Source: the human T2T-CHM13v2.0 reference genome, Homo sapiens
Assembly: GCF_009914755.1 (NCBI RefSeq)
Contig: NC_060926.1
DNA: 64,000 bases
Direction: 5' to 3' (one strand)
The notes beneath the pieces are model-generated. The model saw nothing but the letters and a program-made list of their open reading frames with translations. It did not search any database and was not told the DNA's origin. Positions 47,886 through 59,507 of this stretch are shown here, piece after piece. Positions within the stretch are counted from its first letter, which is position 1; each line of letters opens with the position of its first letter. A program made the translations under genes and the position numbers.

Positions 47886-48467
47886 TCAATCCCCATTCAC
47901 ACTGCCACTATACCATTCAGGCCTTCAGTATCACATACCTGGACTCTTGCAAGAGCCACCTAACAAGTCTTCTCACTATCCTACTTCACCATTGCCAGAT
48001 TAAAAGCACCCTTAAAATGCACTTATCAAACTTAACATGCTTACTGAGGGTCTTGTTAAGATTTTAAGATGAAGGCGCTAATTAAGTTGATCTTGAGTGC
48101 AGGTTGAGATTCTACACTTCTTTCAAGTTCCCAGGTGATGTTTATGCTGCCAAGCCAAAAACCACAAACCACACTGATTTATGTTTTCCAGTCATAAAGA
48201 AAACTACTGGTACCACTTCCTAATTCTAGATACTTTTTCAGCTTTTTTTTCTTGGCTTTATTTCACTTGGCATTTTACATTTAAAAAGTGGAATTTTTCT
48301 CTTGCTTTTTAGGGAATATCCATGTTAATTAATATGTTTAAGTAAAGACATAACATCCTTGAAGGCTTTAAGCCCTTTGACAGCTCATAGGACAAGTTAG
48401 GTGTATAGTAAAGAAATCTGTTCCCCTATGGACACACACAGTAAGATTTAGTATTTTGACCCCTAGT

Positions 48468-48697
48468 AATGAGAACACTTGGACACAGGAAGGGGAACAT
48501 CACACACCGGGGACTGTTGTGGGGTGGGGGGTGGGGGGAGGGATAGCATTAGGAGATATACCTAATGTAAATGACAAGTTAATGGGTGCAGCACACCAAC
48601 ATGGCACATGTATACATACGTAACAAACCTGCACGTTGTGCACATGTACCCTAGAACTTAAAGTATAATAAATATATATATATATAGAGAGAGAGAG
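48468..48697 (+). mobile_element. Short L1PA4/5 3'UTR with (TA)n(GA)n tail
   Basis: 'aatgagaacacttggacacaggaagggg...gtaccctagaacttaaagtataata'. Confidence 0.93.
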
Positions 48698-49152
48698 TCA
48701 TATAAACTAAATATATGCCAAAGGTTGACAAATACACCACTAAAATATTTATTTAAAACTATAATTTATGGTGGGTATGAGAAAAAAAGGAGCTATTACA
48801 GAAATAGAATTGCAAGATTAGAAAAACACATTCTAGTTGACTTAATCTGAATTCTATAATCTTCTAAGCCATCTATAATTTAAATTTTTAAAAGAATTTC
48901 TCATAATAGTCTAGAAATTAGCCATGCTATCTAATAATACATTGCCAGTATTGTGTACTTATTTTAAACATATAGACTATGTTTAACGTAGACTATGTTA
49001 ACTATGGTTAACAATACTGTACAGTACCCTTAAAATGTATTAGGGGGATAAGTCTCCTGTTTTGTGATATTTATATATATACTTATTTGCATGCCTGAAA
49101 CTTTATACCCATTGAGCAACATATTAGGGGTCTCCAGAGAAACAGAACCAAC

Positions 49153-49155
<3 letters not shown>

Positions 49156-49204
<49 letters not shown>
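49156..49204. repeat. (CA)n microsatellite, ~24 units
   Basis: Seen directly in the sequence. Confidence 0.95.
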
Positions 49205-49207
<3 letters not shown>

Positions 49208-49413
49208 CTCAATGTATTAGTCAGTTTTGGAGAAATATAGATCATGTTGTGTTCCATTTAAAACCTATTTATTGATGTAGAACATGGAATGTGTCAAAAG
49301 TGTTTAATTGCTCCCACTCCCTCCTTTGTATTTTATGTATCATTATTATGAAGAAGGGGTGGTAGAAAAAAGAAGGGGGAGGAGAAGAACTGTTGGATAT
49401 ATTACAAAGTCAA

Positions 49414-49630
49414 TGTGTGTGTGTATACGTGTGTACTATTGGTTCTGTTTCTCTGGGAGAACCCTAATATGTTGCTCAATGGGTATAAAGTTTCAGTTAT
49501 GCAAGATGAAACAGTTCTAGAGATCTGCTGTACAATATTGTGCTTATGGTTAACAACACTGTACAGTACCCTTAAAATGTATTAGGGGGATAGGTCTTGT
49601 GCTTTGTGATTTTCACCACAATAATTAAAA
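49414..49630 (+). mobile_element. MLT2 LTR terminus joined to an L1MB 3' end
   Basis: 'tattggttctgtttctctgggagaaccctaata' then 'aatgggtataaagtttcagttatgcaagatgaa...ttcaccacaataa'. Confidence 0.75.
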
Positions 49631-49792
49631 GTAGGGGTCTTTACCCATAGGCAAAGCCCATAGACGAGGCCAATATATTTGAACAATGGCAGAGTCACTG
49701 AAATAAGCATAAAAACTCCTAAAATAACACCCTTTTAAAAGACAACCCTTACTTAAATATAGAAGTTCCAATGTTTCTAGATTACCCTATTA

Positions 49793-49989
49793 CAGTCATG
49801 CATCGCTAAATTATAGGGATATGTTCTGAGAAATGAATCATTAAATGATTTCATCTTTGTGTGAACATCATAGAGTGTACTTACAGAAACATAGATGGTA
49901 TAGCCTACTACACACCTAGGCTACATGGTATACACAATTGCTCCCAGGCTACAAACCTGTACAGCATGTTATTATGTGGCGCATGACTG
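49793..49989. mobile_element. Tigger3 (Golem/MER7) internally deleted MITE
   Basis: TIRs CAGTCATGC...GCATGACTG with TA duplication on both sides. Confidence 0.9.
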
Positions 49990-50909
49990 TACTTTGTTGG
50001 TATTTAAGTTGTACTTTACTATTTGTAGGTTTCATCACTAGAAACTAAGGAGCTTTACATGGACTTTCAAAAGTTTTAAGATTGGATTTTTAAAATGGAT
50101 ATTAACTACTAAATCGTAGGAAGTGCTGTTGTAAGCAGGCAACCACTCTCTATTTTAGGTAACAGTGCCAGATCCAGTATAAATATCATGAGACTTGAAG
50201 TTTTAATATTTAGAGTTATCACCAGAATCACAAATACATCATAAGCTGTTACACCTGGGAAACCCTGAAAGTGTAACCTGAGTCTTTCCAGCTTGAAATG
50301 AATTACAAGAAATGAAGTAAATTACAAATATATCCCCAGTCTAAGGTTAGAAAACTCATGAATTACTACACCAAAAGAACCCTCAAGCCCTAGATATTAT
50401 TGGTAAACCTCATCTATTTTGACATTATGCATAAAACTATTTATAATATCAAAATAATATGATATTTGGGATTTCCCCTTGTAATTCCAGTATTCATAGT
50501 AGTTAAAATTTGCTTCTTAAACTACCCTTGAGTAAAAACACACATTAACATGATCATAATGAAGTCACTGGAGGACTGCTGTTGCTTAGGAACATTAAAA
50601 AATCTGGCATAGATTGAGTTTATTGTCATATGAGTCACTGAAATTAGCAATTGGGTGCTTTTCCTTTGACTAGATGTTATATATCAATCTGGCACCTCTA
50701 ATACTTCCCAGTTACACTGATAAATGAAATCAGTTTTACATTACATTATTCAGTATCTGCTGCTTTGCTGCTTATTTTGGAAATAAAATTGTGCCCTTAT
50801 AAACCTGAAAATACAAACTATGGAAATGTAAAGACAACATACCAAGTGATTGGTTTTCTGTTGTAAATATTTTTACCACATTCTAAGCTTTGCTAACTTT
50901 TGTATTGTT

Positions 50910-51190
50910 TTTATTTCTGTATTTCAAATTTTTCAACTTGAAATAATTATAGAATAACAAAAAGTTGCCAAAGTAGTACAGGTCTCTTGTACCTATCATC
51001 CAGATCTCTCTGATGGCAACACCTTACATTACCCCAGTGCATTTTCAGAACCAGGAAATTGATGGCCCAATACAGTGAACTAGACTACAGATCTTACTCA
51101 AGTATCACTGGTTTTTGCATGCACTCATTTTTTTGTTGGTTTTATGTACAATTCTAAGACATTTTATTAAATGTGTTTATTTGTCCAAAT
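50910..51190 (-). mobile_element. L1MC-type 3' end fragment
   Basis: 'ttgaaataattatagaa..acaaaaagttgc.aaagtagtaca...aaccaggaaattga'. Confidence 0.6.
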
Positions 51191-52028
51191 GGCCATGTGC
51201 TTCTAGTTCTCTTTGTCACCTTTCCTCCTTATCAGGGAAAACAAGGAATTGATACATTTTTCAAAGGCTATTGATGCAAGAGCCCTTACTCAAAGAAAAA
51301 TATGTTGGTGATTTCTGATCACTAACATATTATATGTCCTAGCAATTTACATTTACAGTTGTAGACATAAATGGCTTGCATTTCAGATTTTCATGAAAAA
51401 GATAAGTCTAACTCAGAAATTTATTATGTGTAGCATTAGTTTGAAATATGACATCTTAATGTGAAAAATAAAAAAAAACTATATCAACTATTTGTTTTGT
51501 CAGCTAACCTTTAAAGTTGTGTACCACATCATTTTTCTCAGATTAGCTTAATGTATTAGTCAGTTTTAGAGAAATACAGATCATCTTGTATTCCATTTAA
51601 AACCTATTTATTGATGTAGAACACGGAATGTGTCAAAAGTGTCTAATTGTTCCCACTCCCTATTTTGTATTTTATGTATCATTATTATGATAAAGGGGTG
51701 GTAGAAAAAAGGAGGAGAAGAAGAACTGTTGGGTATATTACAAACTGAAACTCAGAAAACAAAGCGAAAATAATGTTTCCTATTTGATTTCAAATACTAG
51801 ATTAATTATTAGAATAAGATAAAGAACAATTTGACATATTGCTTGGAAGTTTATCTAAGAGGGCAAATCAAATATAACTCCAGATGTAAGTGTAAAAATG
51901 ACGTTCTCATATTATACTTTAAAGCTTTTATAATAATCCAGAGAATATATCATATTATTATGACATAAAATGATTCATTCTTATCTCAGGAGAGTATAAC
52001 ATCATAAACAATTTATTTGCTCAGTCAG

Positions 52029-52403
52029 TGTATTAGTTTGTTTTCATACTGCTAATAAAGACATACCCAAGACTAGGTAATCTAGAAAGGGAAGAGGTTG
52101 GATTGACTCACAGTTCAGCATGGCTGGGGACACCTCAGGAAACTTACAAATCATGGCAGAAGGGGAAGCAAACACACCCTTCTTCAAATGGTGGCAGGAA
52201 GAAGTGCTGAGCAAAAGCGGGAAAAGCCCCTTATAAAGCCATCAGATTTATTGAGAACTCACTCACTATCACAAGAAAAGCATGAGGGTAACTACCCCCA
52301 TGATTAACTTACCTCCCACCAGGTCCCTCCCATGACATGTGGGGATTATAGGAACTACTAATTCAAGATGAGATTTGGGTGCGGACACAGCCAAACCAGA
52401 TCA
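52029..52403 (-). mobile_element. THE1C-like solo LTR
   Basis: 'tgtattagtttgttttcatactgctaataaagacatacc...gacacagccaaaccagatca'. Confidence 0.92.
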
Positions 52404-52466
52404 ATGTCCTAAGACTGGATAAAATGACCTGGTGAATAAGTAACTAGAGAAAGAATGAGGGGCAAT

Positions 52467-52684
52467 AGCCAGGTGCGGTGGCTCCCGCCTGTAATCCCAA
52501 CACTTTGGGAGGCCAAAGCAGGCAGATCACTTGAGGCCAGGAGTTCAGGACCAGCCTGGCCAACATGGAGAAACTCCATCTCTACTAAAAATACTAAAAT
52601 TAACTGGGTGTGATGTCACATGCCTGTAATCCCAGCTACTCAGGAGGCTGAGGGGTGAGAATCGCTTGAACCTGGGAGGCAGAG
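52467..52684 (+). mobile_element. AluS, 5' part (split by HERV-S)
   Basis: Alu sequence up to 'ttgaacctgggaggcagag'. Confidence 0.95.
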
Positions 52685-53025
52685 TGTAAGGGAAATGGCT
52701 GTGCTTTAGTCAGGAGTAGGCTGAGGCAGCCTTCTGGTGCAGCATGATTCAGTGGGTTTGGAGCACAGGTGCACAACCCTGCACATTATGTAACGACACC
52801 ACGTGAGGCACATTAGGCGATCACCCACGTGAACTCGTGCTTGGCTCAGAGCCACTATTGTCTGTAAAAGATATAACTACCCTGCTGATGTTGTACACAC
52901 ACCTTGCTCACACCCAGAGAAAGAGTAAAGCCATGTTGAAACTATCTACAATTCCTCAAGTGTTTTTCCAGCTACCCACCACTTGCCCACCAACTTCACA
53001 CAGACCTCAGTTAGAATCTGACAAT

Positions 53026-53043
53026 TGGCATCACAAACGGGAT
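53026..53043 (+). promoter_or_regulatory. Primer-binding site, tRNA-Ser(CGA)-like
   Basis: TGGCATCACAAACGGGAT versus expected TGGCGTCACGAACAGGAT (recalled tRNA sequence); two of three differences are CpG decay. Confidence 0.78.
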
Positions 53044-53088
53044 CCTGAGGTGAGTGAGCCTTCAGTCCCTGCTGCCTCTGGCTGGGTC

Positions 53089-54560
53089 ATGTGGCCACAA
53101 CATGGGCTGTGGTACCCAGTGGCAGCTGTGCTGCTCAGATGGGCTCTGGTAGAAACCTGGGTGTTGGTAGCTGGGTCCCTCATGAGCATGGAGAAGGCAC
53201 TGAAGCAGCTGGAAGTGCAGAGCACCAAGAAGCAGTGAGCTTTTGCTGGCAGAGTTGGATGGGCATTTTTGACTGCACTACAAGAAGTACACACCAAGTC
53301 CCTGAGGGATGCAGCACAGGTAAGGGCCCTCCAGGTGCAGGCACAGAGCCTGGAGGCCTGGCTACACAGCTCAGAAAAAGAGTTAAAAGCTGCCATGAAT
53401 GGGGATTTCCAGATGCAGACAGGGCACCTGGAGACCTGGCTACAGAGCTTGGAAAAGGAATTAGAGGCTGCTGTGAATGCAGGCCTGGGTCCCTGGTCTC
53501 AGCCAGAGATTCCCACTCTGATACGGATGAGGAAGAACCCCCATTGTGAGCTCACCCAGTGGTCTGTCAGAAGGTAGATCATGAACAGCCATTGAGGCCC
53601 CAAGGGCAGGCTCAGGGACGTGACACTGTAATGCAACATACTTCATATACTGCCTTTACCCCAACTGAGTTGTGGGAATTAGGAAAGCAGTGCCTCCAGG
53701 GTCTAGGGCAACCTCTGCCTGCATGGATGCTTCATTTATGGGAAGAGGGAGCAGATAGTATTTTCTGTTCCACCTCTGAGATGGAAAAGCTAGCCTCAAT
53801 CACGACTCACCCCTCCCTCCATCAGCAATTACAGGTGAGCAGGAGGTTGGCACAAGGGCAAGGTGACCACACCCTGATTGAATGGCTATGGGAAGCCACA
53901 CAAACTGTGGAATTACACTGGTGAAATACCCAAAACCGTGACTAAACGGCAGTCATATGCCAATTTGGTGCAAATCATTGGGCAGATGGGTATGTGGCAG
54001 GCTATGTTTGACCTGAACACCCAGGGGCCAGATGATGAACATTTCACCTCCCACATGAGGGATCTCATGTTGGGTTCCATTCCCCCGAGTGCCTTTGGCT
54101 CCCTAGCTGCTGTCCTCACCCCATATGTAGGGTGCTGCCTACATGAAGTGACCACTGCTATGGCAGCTCTCCGGGAAGTAGAAGGCCATCGGTGGGACCG
54201 AGAGGTCTGTGCAGTAAAGAAGGGGAAGATGTTCCGCTTGCGGGGCCCCCCCATCCCATGGGAGAAAAGGGGACCCCAACAAGTGACATACTTACAGATG
54301 TGGATAGATGTGATTCTGGCCAGAGCTGACCAAGAGAAAATCAATAAGCAGCCCAATGATGTACTCTTAACTTTGTGGACAAAGTTGTCCCTGGAGCACC
54401 AATTCCAGAAAATGCCCAAGGGGAAGGACATTTCTGTGTGACCCGGTCCCACCTGGGAGCTTCAGCTGAAAGACAACTTCCTGCAGCCAGCCGGAAATGT
54501 AGAGCCTTTCCTGTTTGATTACGGAGCTGGCCAAGGTACCCAGCTTGGGAGGACACTGGA
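53089..54560 (+). pseudogene. HERV-S gag remnant
   Basis: Starts 'MWPQHGLWYPVAAVLL'; continues through ORFs 53269, 53559 and 53878; stops and frameshifts. Confidence 0.82.
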
Positions 54561-54576
54561 TGACTAGAGGCCACAT

Positions 54577-54879
54577 GTGGAATTAGCAATCGACTGGTTC
54601 CCCACCAATGTACAGTGGGTGTTGCTGCTGGTGGACACTGGCGCAGATCACAGCCTTGTTTATGGGGAACCAGATAAGTTTCTGGGCAAACCTGCTTACA
54701 TTGACGGTTATGGAGGCTGGTTAGTAACAGTAAAACCAGTATCTCTGCACCTTGGTATCTGCCATTTGGCTCCCCATTTAAATACTCTGTGTGTCTATCT
54801 CATACCAGAATACATTCTGGGGGTGGACCATTTCCATGGCCTGGTGTTACAAACCATGGCTGGGGAATTCAGACTCTGA
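54577..54879 (+). pseudogene. HERV-S aspartic protease remnant
   Basis: 'LLVDTGADHSLV' and 'YILGVD'. Confidence 0.9.
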
Positions 54880-57430
54880 GTGCATGTGATGAAGTTGGTG
54901 CTGTGTGGACATGCACATCACCAGCCTCAGGTCTTGCCACAACCCCAACGAGTTATGTCCACCCAACAGTATCGTTTGCCAGATGGGCATACAGAGATAA
55001 CTGAGACAATTAAAAAGGTGGAGAAGGTGCAGATAGTGCGAGGAACCCACATCCTATATGATTCTGCAATGTTGCCAGCTAGAAAGCCTGATGGAACTTG
55101 GTGGATGATGGCAGACTATCAGGAACTGAATAAAGTAACACCCCCTTTGCAAGCAACTGTACCATCAGTCATGGATTTGATGAACTGTATGACAACGGAA
55201 CTGGGACCTTACCACTATGTAGTGGACTTGGCCAATGCATTTTTCTCCATTAACATTGCTTCAGAGATCCAGAACAGTTCACCTTCACATGGGACAGGCG
55301 ACAATGGACTTTTACAATATTGCCACAGCACTCTGTGCTTGGCCCCACCATATGTCATGGTCTCGTTGCCACGGATTTAGCCACCTGGCAATGTCCAGAA
55401 GGGGCCTGCCTATTCCAATATATTGATGATATTATGTTAATCTCTGATTCTCTTGCAGATTTAGAAGGAGCAGCGCCCCTCTTGCAGCAACATTTGGCAG
55501 CATGTGGTTGGACTGTCAATAAATCCAAGGTCCAAGGACCTGGATTATCTGCCAAATTTTTGGAAGTTATCTGGTCGGGTAAGACAAAGGCCATCCGAGA
55601 GGCTATCATTTATAAGGTTCAGACATACCTCCAGCCCTCTATGGTGAAGCAGTTGCAAACTTTTCTGGGCCTCCTGGGATACTGATGGACATTTGTGCCC
55701 CATTTAGCTCAAATGATAAAAAACCATTGCATCTGTTAACAAAGAAGGACTCTACCTGGGATTCAGATGATGCAGCTGAGACCACCTTCCTGGCAGCCAA
55801 GTGGGCTATTCAGCAGGCACAAATCCTATGGGTAGTTGACCAGGGGTGCCTGTTTGAGCTGGATGTGCATGTGACCACAGATGGTTTTGGTTGGGGCCTA
55901 TGGCAGTGCACAGAGTGGCTGAGAATGCAAGTAGGCTTTTGGCCCCAACTATGGAAGGAAGCTGAGCTGCAGTTTACCTTGACAGAGAAACAGCTAGCAG
56001 CTGTATATGCCTCCCTTCAGGCTTGTGAGAGTGTGACAGGATGGGCTGCAGTTGTCATGCAGATGACTTACCTGATAGCGGGATGGGTGTGTTCATGGGT
56101 AATGACCTCCTGGACTGGGATGGCACAGACATCCACTTTGGTGAAGTGGGCACCTACTTGGAGCAGTGGAGTACAAGTCCCTTAGCAGCAGAGTTGTAAG
56201 AGATCTTGGGACCTGTAGTCCTAATGCAAGATAAGACCATGGGGCCTGAGCCGCATCTAGACTCTGAGCCTTCACCATTTAAGGAAGGGCATCCCCCCTT
56301 CCTGATAGGGCATGGTACACAGATGGGTCTAGCCGAGGTGCTACTGCTGCTTGAAGGTGCAGTCCAACCAAGTGCTGACATCATATGGTTTGAAACCAGG
56401 TATGGACAAAGTAGCCAATGGGTTGAACTTAGAGCAACAGATGCAATGGTTATTATTATTTGAGCTAAATGGGGCACAAATGTCCATCAGTATCCCAGGA
56501 GGCCCAGAATGGCCCAGTATGGATGGTGATCACCAAGGAGGTGACACCTATGGTAATCTGTACCGATAGCTAGGTGGTCTATCAAGGCTTAACCTTGTTG
56601 TTAACTACCTGGAAAATACAGAAGTGGCTAGTCAGCCACCAACCCATTTAGGGCCAAGCCATGTGGCAAGACCTCTGGGAAATGGGTCATCATAAAGATA
56701 ACTATTTATCATGTGTCAGGCCGTATACCTTTGGGCACCCCCGGCAATGATGAGGCAGATGTCTCAGCCAAGGTCCGATGGTTAGAGTCAGTACCTACAC
56801 GAGATGTGGCCTTGTGACTACACCGGAAACTTGGACATGCCAGGGGTAAACTGATGCAACAGGTCAATAAATGTTGGGGTCTGTCCCTGCCCACACAAGA
56901 TATTTGGGAGGCTTGTCAGAAATGCCCAGCTCAGGCATACCCTAAATGGAGGCAGATGCTCAGTGTTACACAAGTGATGATAGGGCAAGTGCCCTAGACT
57001 AGATGGCAAGTATACTACATAGGGCCACTGCCGAAGTCACAAGGGTATACCTGTGCACTAACAGCTGTGGACACAGCCACAGGCCTATTGTTCCCCTACC
57101 CTTGTAGGGCGGCCAACCAGCAGAGCACCATCCAGGCCCTGCAACATTTATGTGCTATGTATGTTCGCCCTCTGGCTGTTGAGAGTGATAGGGGAACACA
57201 TTTCACTGGACAACAGTACAACAATGGGCACAACAAATGGACATAAAGTGCGGATTCCGTGTGCCATACAACCTGCAAGCTGTGGGTATGATTGAGTGAT
57301 ATAATGAGCTCTTGAAGAATGGGTTATGCTTGCACGTCATAACCCTATCTTTGTGGGGCTGGAGTTCCAGACTGGACCCAGTGCTCCAAACCTTGAATGA
57401 ACGGGCATGGAAAGGCAGCCTTGGCCCTGC
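54880..57430 (+). pseudogene. HERV-S pol remnant (RT, RNase H, integrase)
   Basis: 'VVDLANAFFSI', 'FQYIDDIML', RNase H 'WYTDGSS', IN 'HRKLGH...CQKC', 'YIGPLP'; class III-type RT. Confidence 0.92.
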
Positions 57431-57949
57431 CCCCATTCAGTTGCAGGTAAGTACCAATGATGACCTCCTCCGATCAGGTAGGGGGACAAATGGTAACCTG
57501 TTGTTGCCTGTCCCAATGCCCCTGAAGGTAGGAGAACAGAAAACCTGGCTGTGGCCATGGACCCTGCAACCACCACCCCCGCCTCCACCAATGCCGGTGG
57601 TTGGCCATTGTATCTCCCTGGAGAAGGGCTTACAGTATGACTTGCATGTCATTCCTTGGGTGTTTAAAATAAGGCCCCCACAGTTGACTGTTCATAGGGG
57701 AACGGCCAGGGAAGGAACCCTCCTCCAGGGGATATATGTACTGTCTGTGTGGCCTATTATGAGCTCCCCCTGTGACTCTGGTGCAGATACAGGACTCAAA
57801 GGAACCATGGCAAGCTGAGAAGGTGTGGTACCATCACCCAGGGCAAAAGCCCTGGGTGGTTGCATGTTATTCAGGGATGAAAGGTTAGCCTGTATTTTGC
57901 CTGAGAGACGTGATTTACCTCTGTTAGTATCTGTGCCTGCTGTGTCATC

Positions 57950-59105
57950 TTGACCATAAGTTAACATGATCCAACTGCATTGTGGACTGGGCCCACACTT
58001 ATGCTGAGGTGACCAATGTTTCCAACAGATGGATCTGCACTGCCCTTCCAGAAGCAGCTGCTGTGGATGGCTTACCTTGGCACACACAATCAGGGCCTGC
58101 AGATAACTCAACACAGCTGGAGACTTGGGGTCTGATGGCTGACACCTGGAATACAATGCAGCAAGCTTTGGACAAAGGATGCCGCAAAACCCATGGTGCA
58201 CCTGCCCCCCTTGCTGGCCCATAGTGTTTATGATGGGTGAGGCTGGCTAGTGGGGGAACATGTAGTATCCCTGGCCCAGGCACCATGGTGCATAGAGTAA
58301 CACTGGGGTAATACAAATGTGGGATGGGTACCCATCACAGCCTGTGAAAAAATAACACGTATCACCACACCAAAGGTGTGGTAGAACAAGCAGCCCCACT
58401 AAGGTCAGCTCCAGTGGACTTTGTGCCCCCTGGGGGTTTATGGGTCTGTGGGGACACAAGGTGGCCTTACCTATCAGCAGACTGAACTAGACGTTGTACC
58501 TGGGGGTGGCCTTATGTACCTGCCATTGTTCTCCCCACATTGCCCCGACACCCACATAACCAGGAAGCACTACACTCTCAGTTTTTGCAAGTTTGATGAG
58601 CCCCCTGGTGGTTCTACTCCTTGGCAATGACTATCTCTGGAGTGGGTGTCATAAGCACAAGTTACTGCTCTTGCAGAGCACACCACCCAGGCTCTGAATT
58701 ACACCCAAGTGGCCCTCCTCCTGTTAACACCTTACTGATCAGATCAGTAAGGTGGCGTTGCAAAACCAAATGGCCTTAGACATAATAACTACTGCCCGAG
58801 GAGGCACCTGTTCTCTTTTAGGAATATAATGTTGTACCTTTATCGCTGACAATCGGCAGAACATGACAGCAGCCCTGCAACATTTCTCACAAGAGATTAA
58901 TGGAGTCGAGAGCCTTACTGATGACCCCCTGCAGAGATGGTGGGCATCCTTAGGCTCTGGCCAATGATGGGCCCTAATAGTCGTAAGTAGCATATCTGGT
59001 GTCCTAGTAGTGAGCTGTTGCTCTCTGTATTGTTGTTGTGGGTTATGGATTCAGGGCTCTACCCTATGGGCATGTGCCCCTGCCCAGAGGATGCCCTCAG
59101 CCTAG
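57950..59105 (+). pseudogene. HERV-S env remnant (short SU, gamma-type TM)
   Basis: 'NVSNRWIC'; ISD/CX6CC 'LQNQMALDIITTARGGTCSLLGI*CC' from 58758; hydrophobic anchor; stop at the PPT. Confidence 0.88.
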
Positions 59106-59453
59106 GGGGTGGAGTGTAAGGGAAATGGCTGTGCTTTAGTCAGGAGTAGACTGAGGCGGCCTTCTGGCACAGCATGACTCAGCAGGTTTGGAGTACAGGT
59201 GCACAACCCCGCACATTATGTAACCATGCCACGTGAGGTGCCTTAGGTGATCACCCAGATGAGCGCATGCTTGACTCGGCACCACTATTGTCTCTAAAAC
59301 GTATAACTACGTTGCTGATGCTGTACATAGAGCTTGCTCATGCCCAGAGAAAGGGTAAAGCCATGTCAAAACTGTCTACTATTCCTCGAGTGGTTTTCCA
59401 GCTACCTCCATTTGCCCCGCTGACTCCCCTCAGACATCAGTTAGAACATGACA

Positions 59454-59507
59454 CAGAGGTTGCAGTGAGCCAAGATCATGTCACTGTACTCCAGCCTAGG
59501 TGACAGA
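59454..59507 (+). mobile_element. AluS, 3' part (no tail)
   Basis: 'cagaggttgcagtgagccaagatc...ctccagcctaggtgacaga' continues directly from 52684. Confidence 0.93.

Larger units (their letters stand above)
52685..59453 (+). mobile_element. Full-length HERV-S (HERVL18 with LTR18) provirus; LTRs 52685-53023 and 59115-59453
   Basis: Two 339-bp TG...CA LTRs, exact TSD CAGAG, Ser PBS, PPT AGGGGGTGGAG (59104-59114), gag-pro-pol-env order. Confidence 0.93.

Noticed and set aside
49030-49257. ORF with a poly-(CV) Cys-rich tract
   Set aside because: Translation of the (TG)n microsatellite
52837-53023. Similar ORFs at 52837 and 59267 suggesting a duplicated gene
   Set aside because: They are the two LTR copies of one provirus
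53913-54452. Antisense ORFs in HERV-S (179 aa here, 176 aa at 57692-58222) as HBZ/ASP-like genes
   Set aside because: Expected shadow ORFs of GC-richer coding sequence; no motifs and no evidence of conservation
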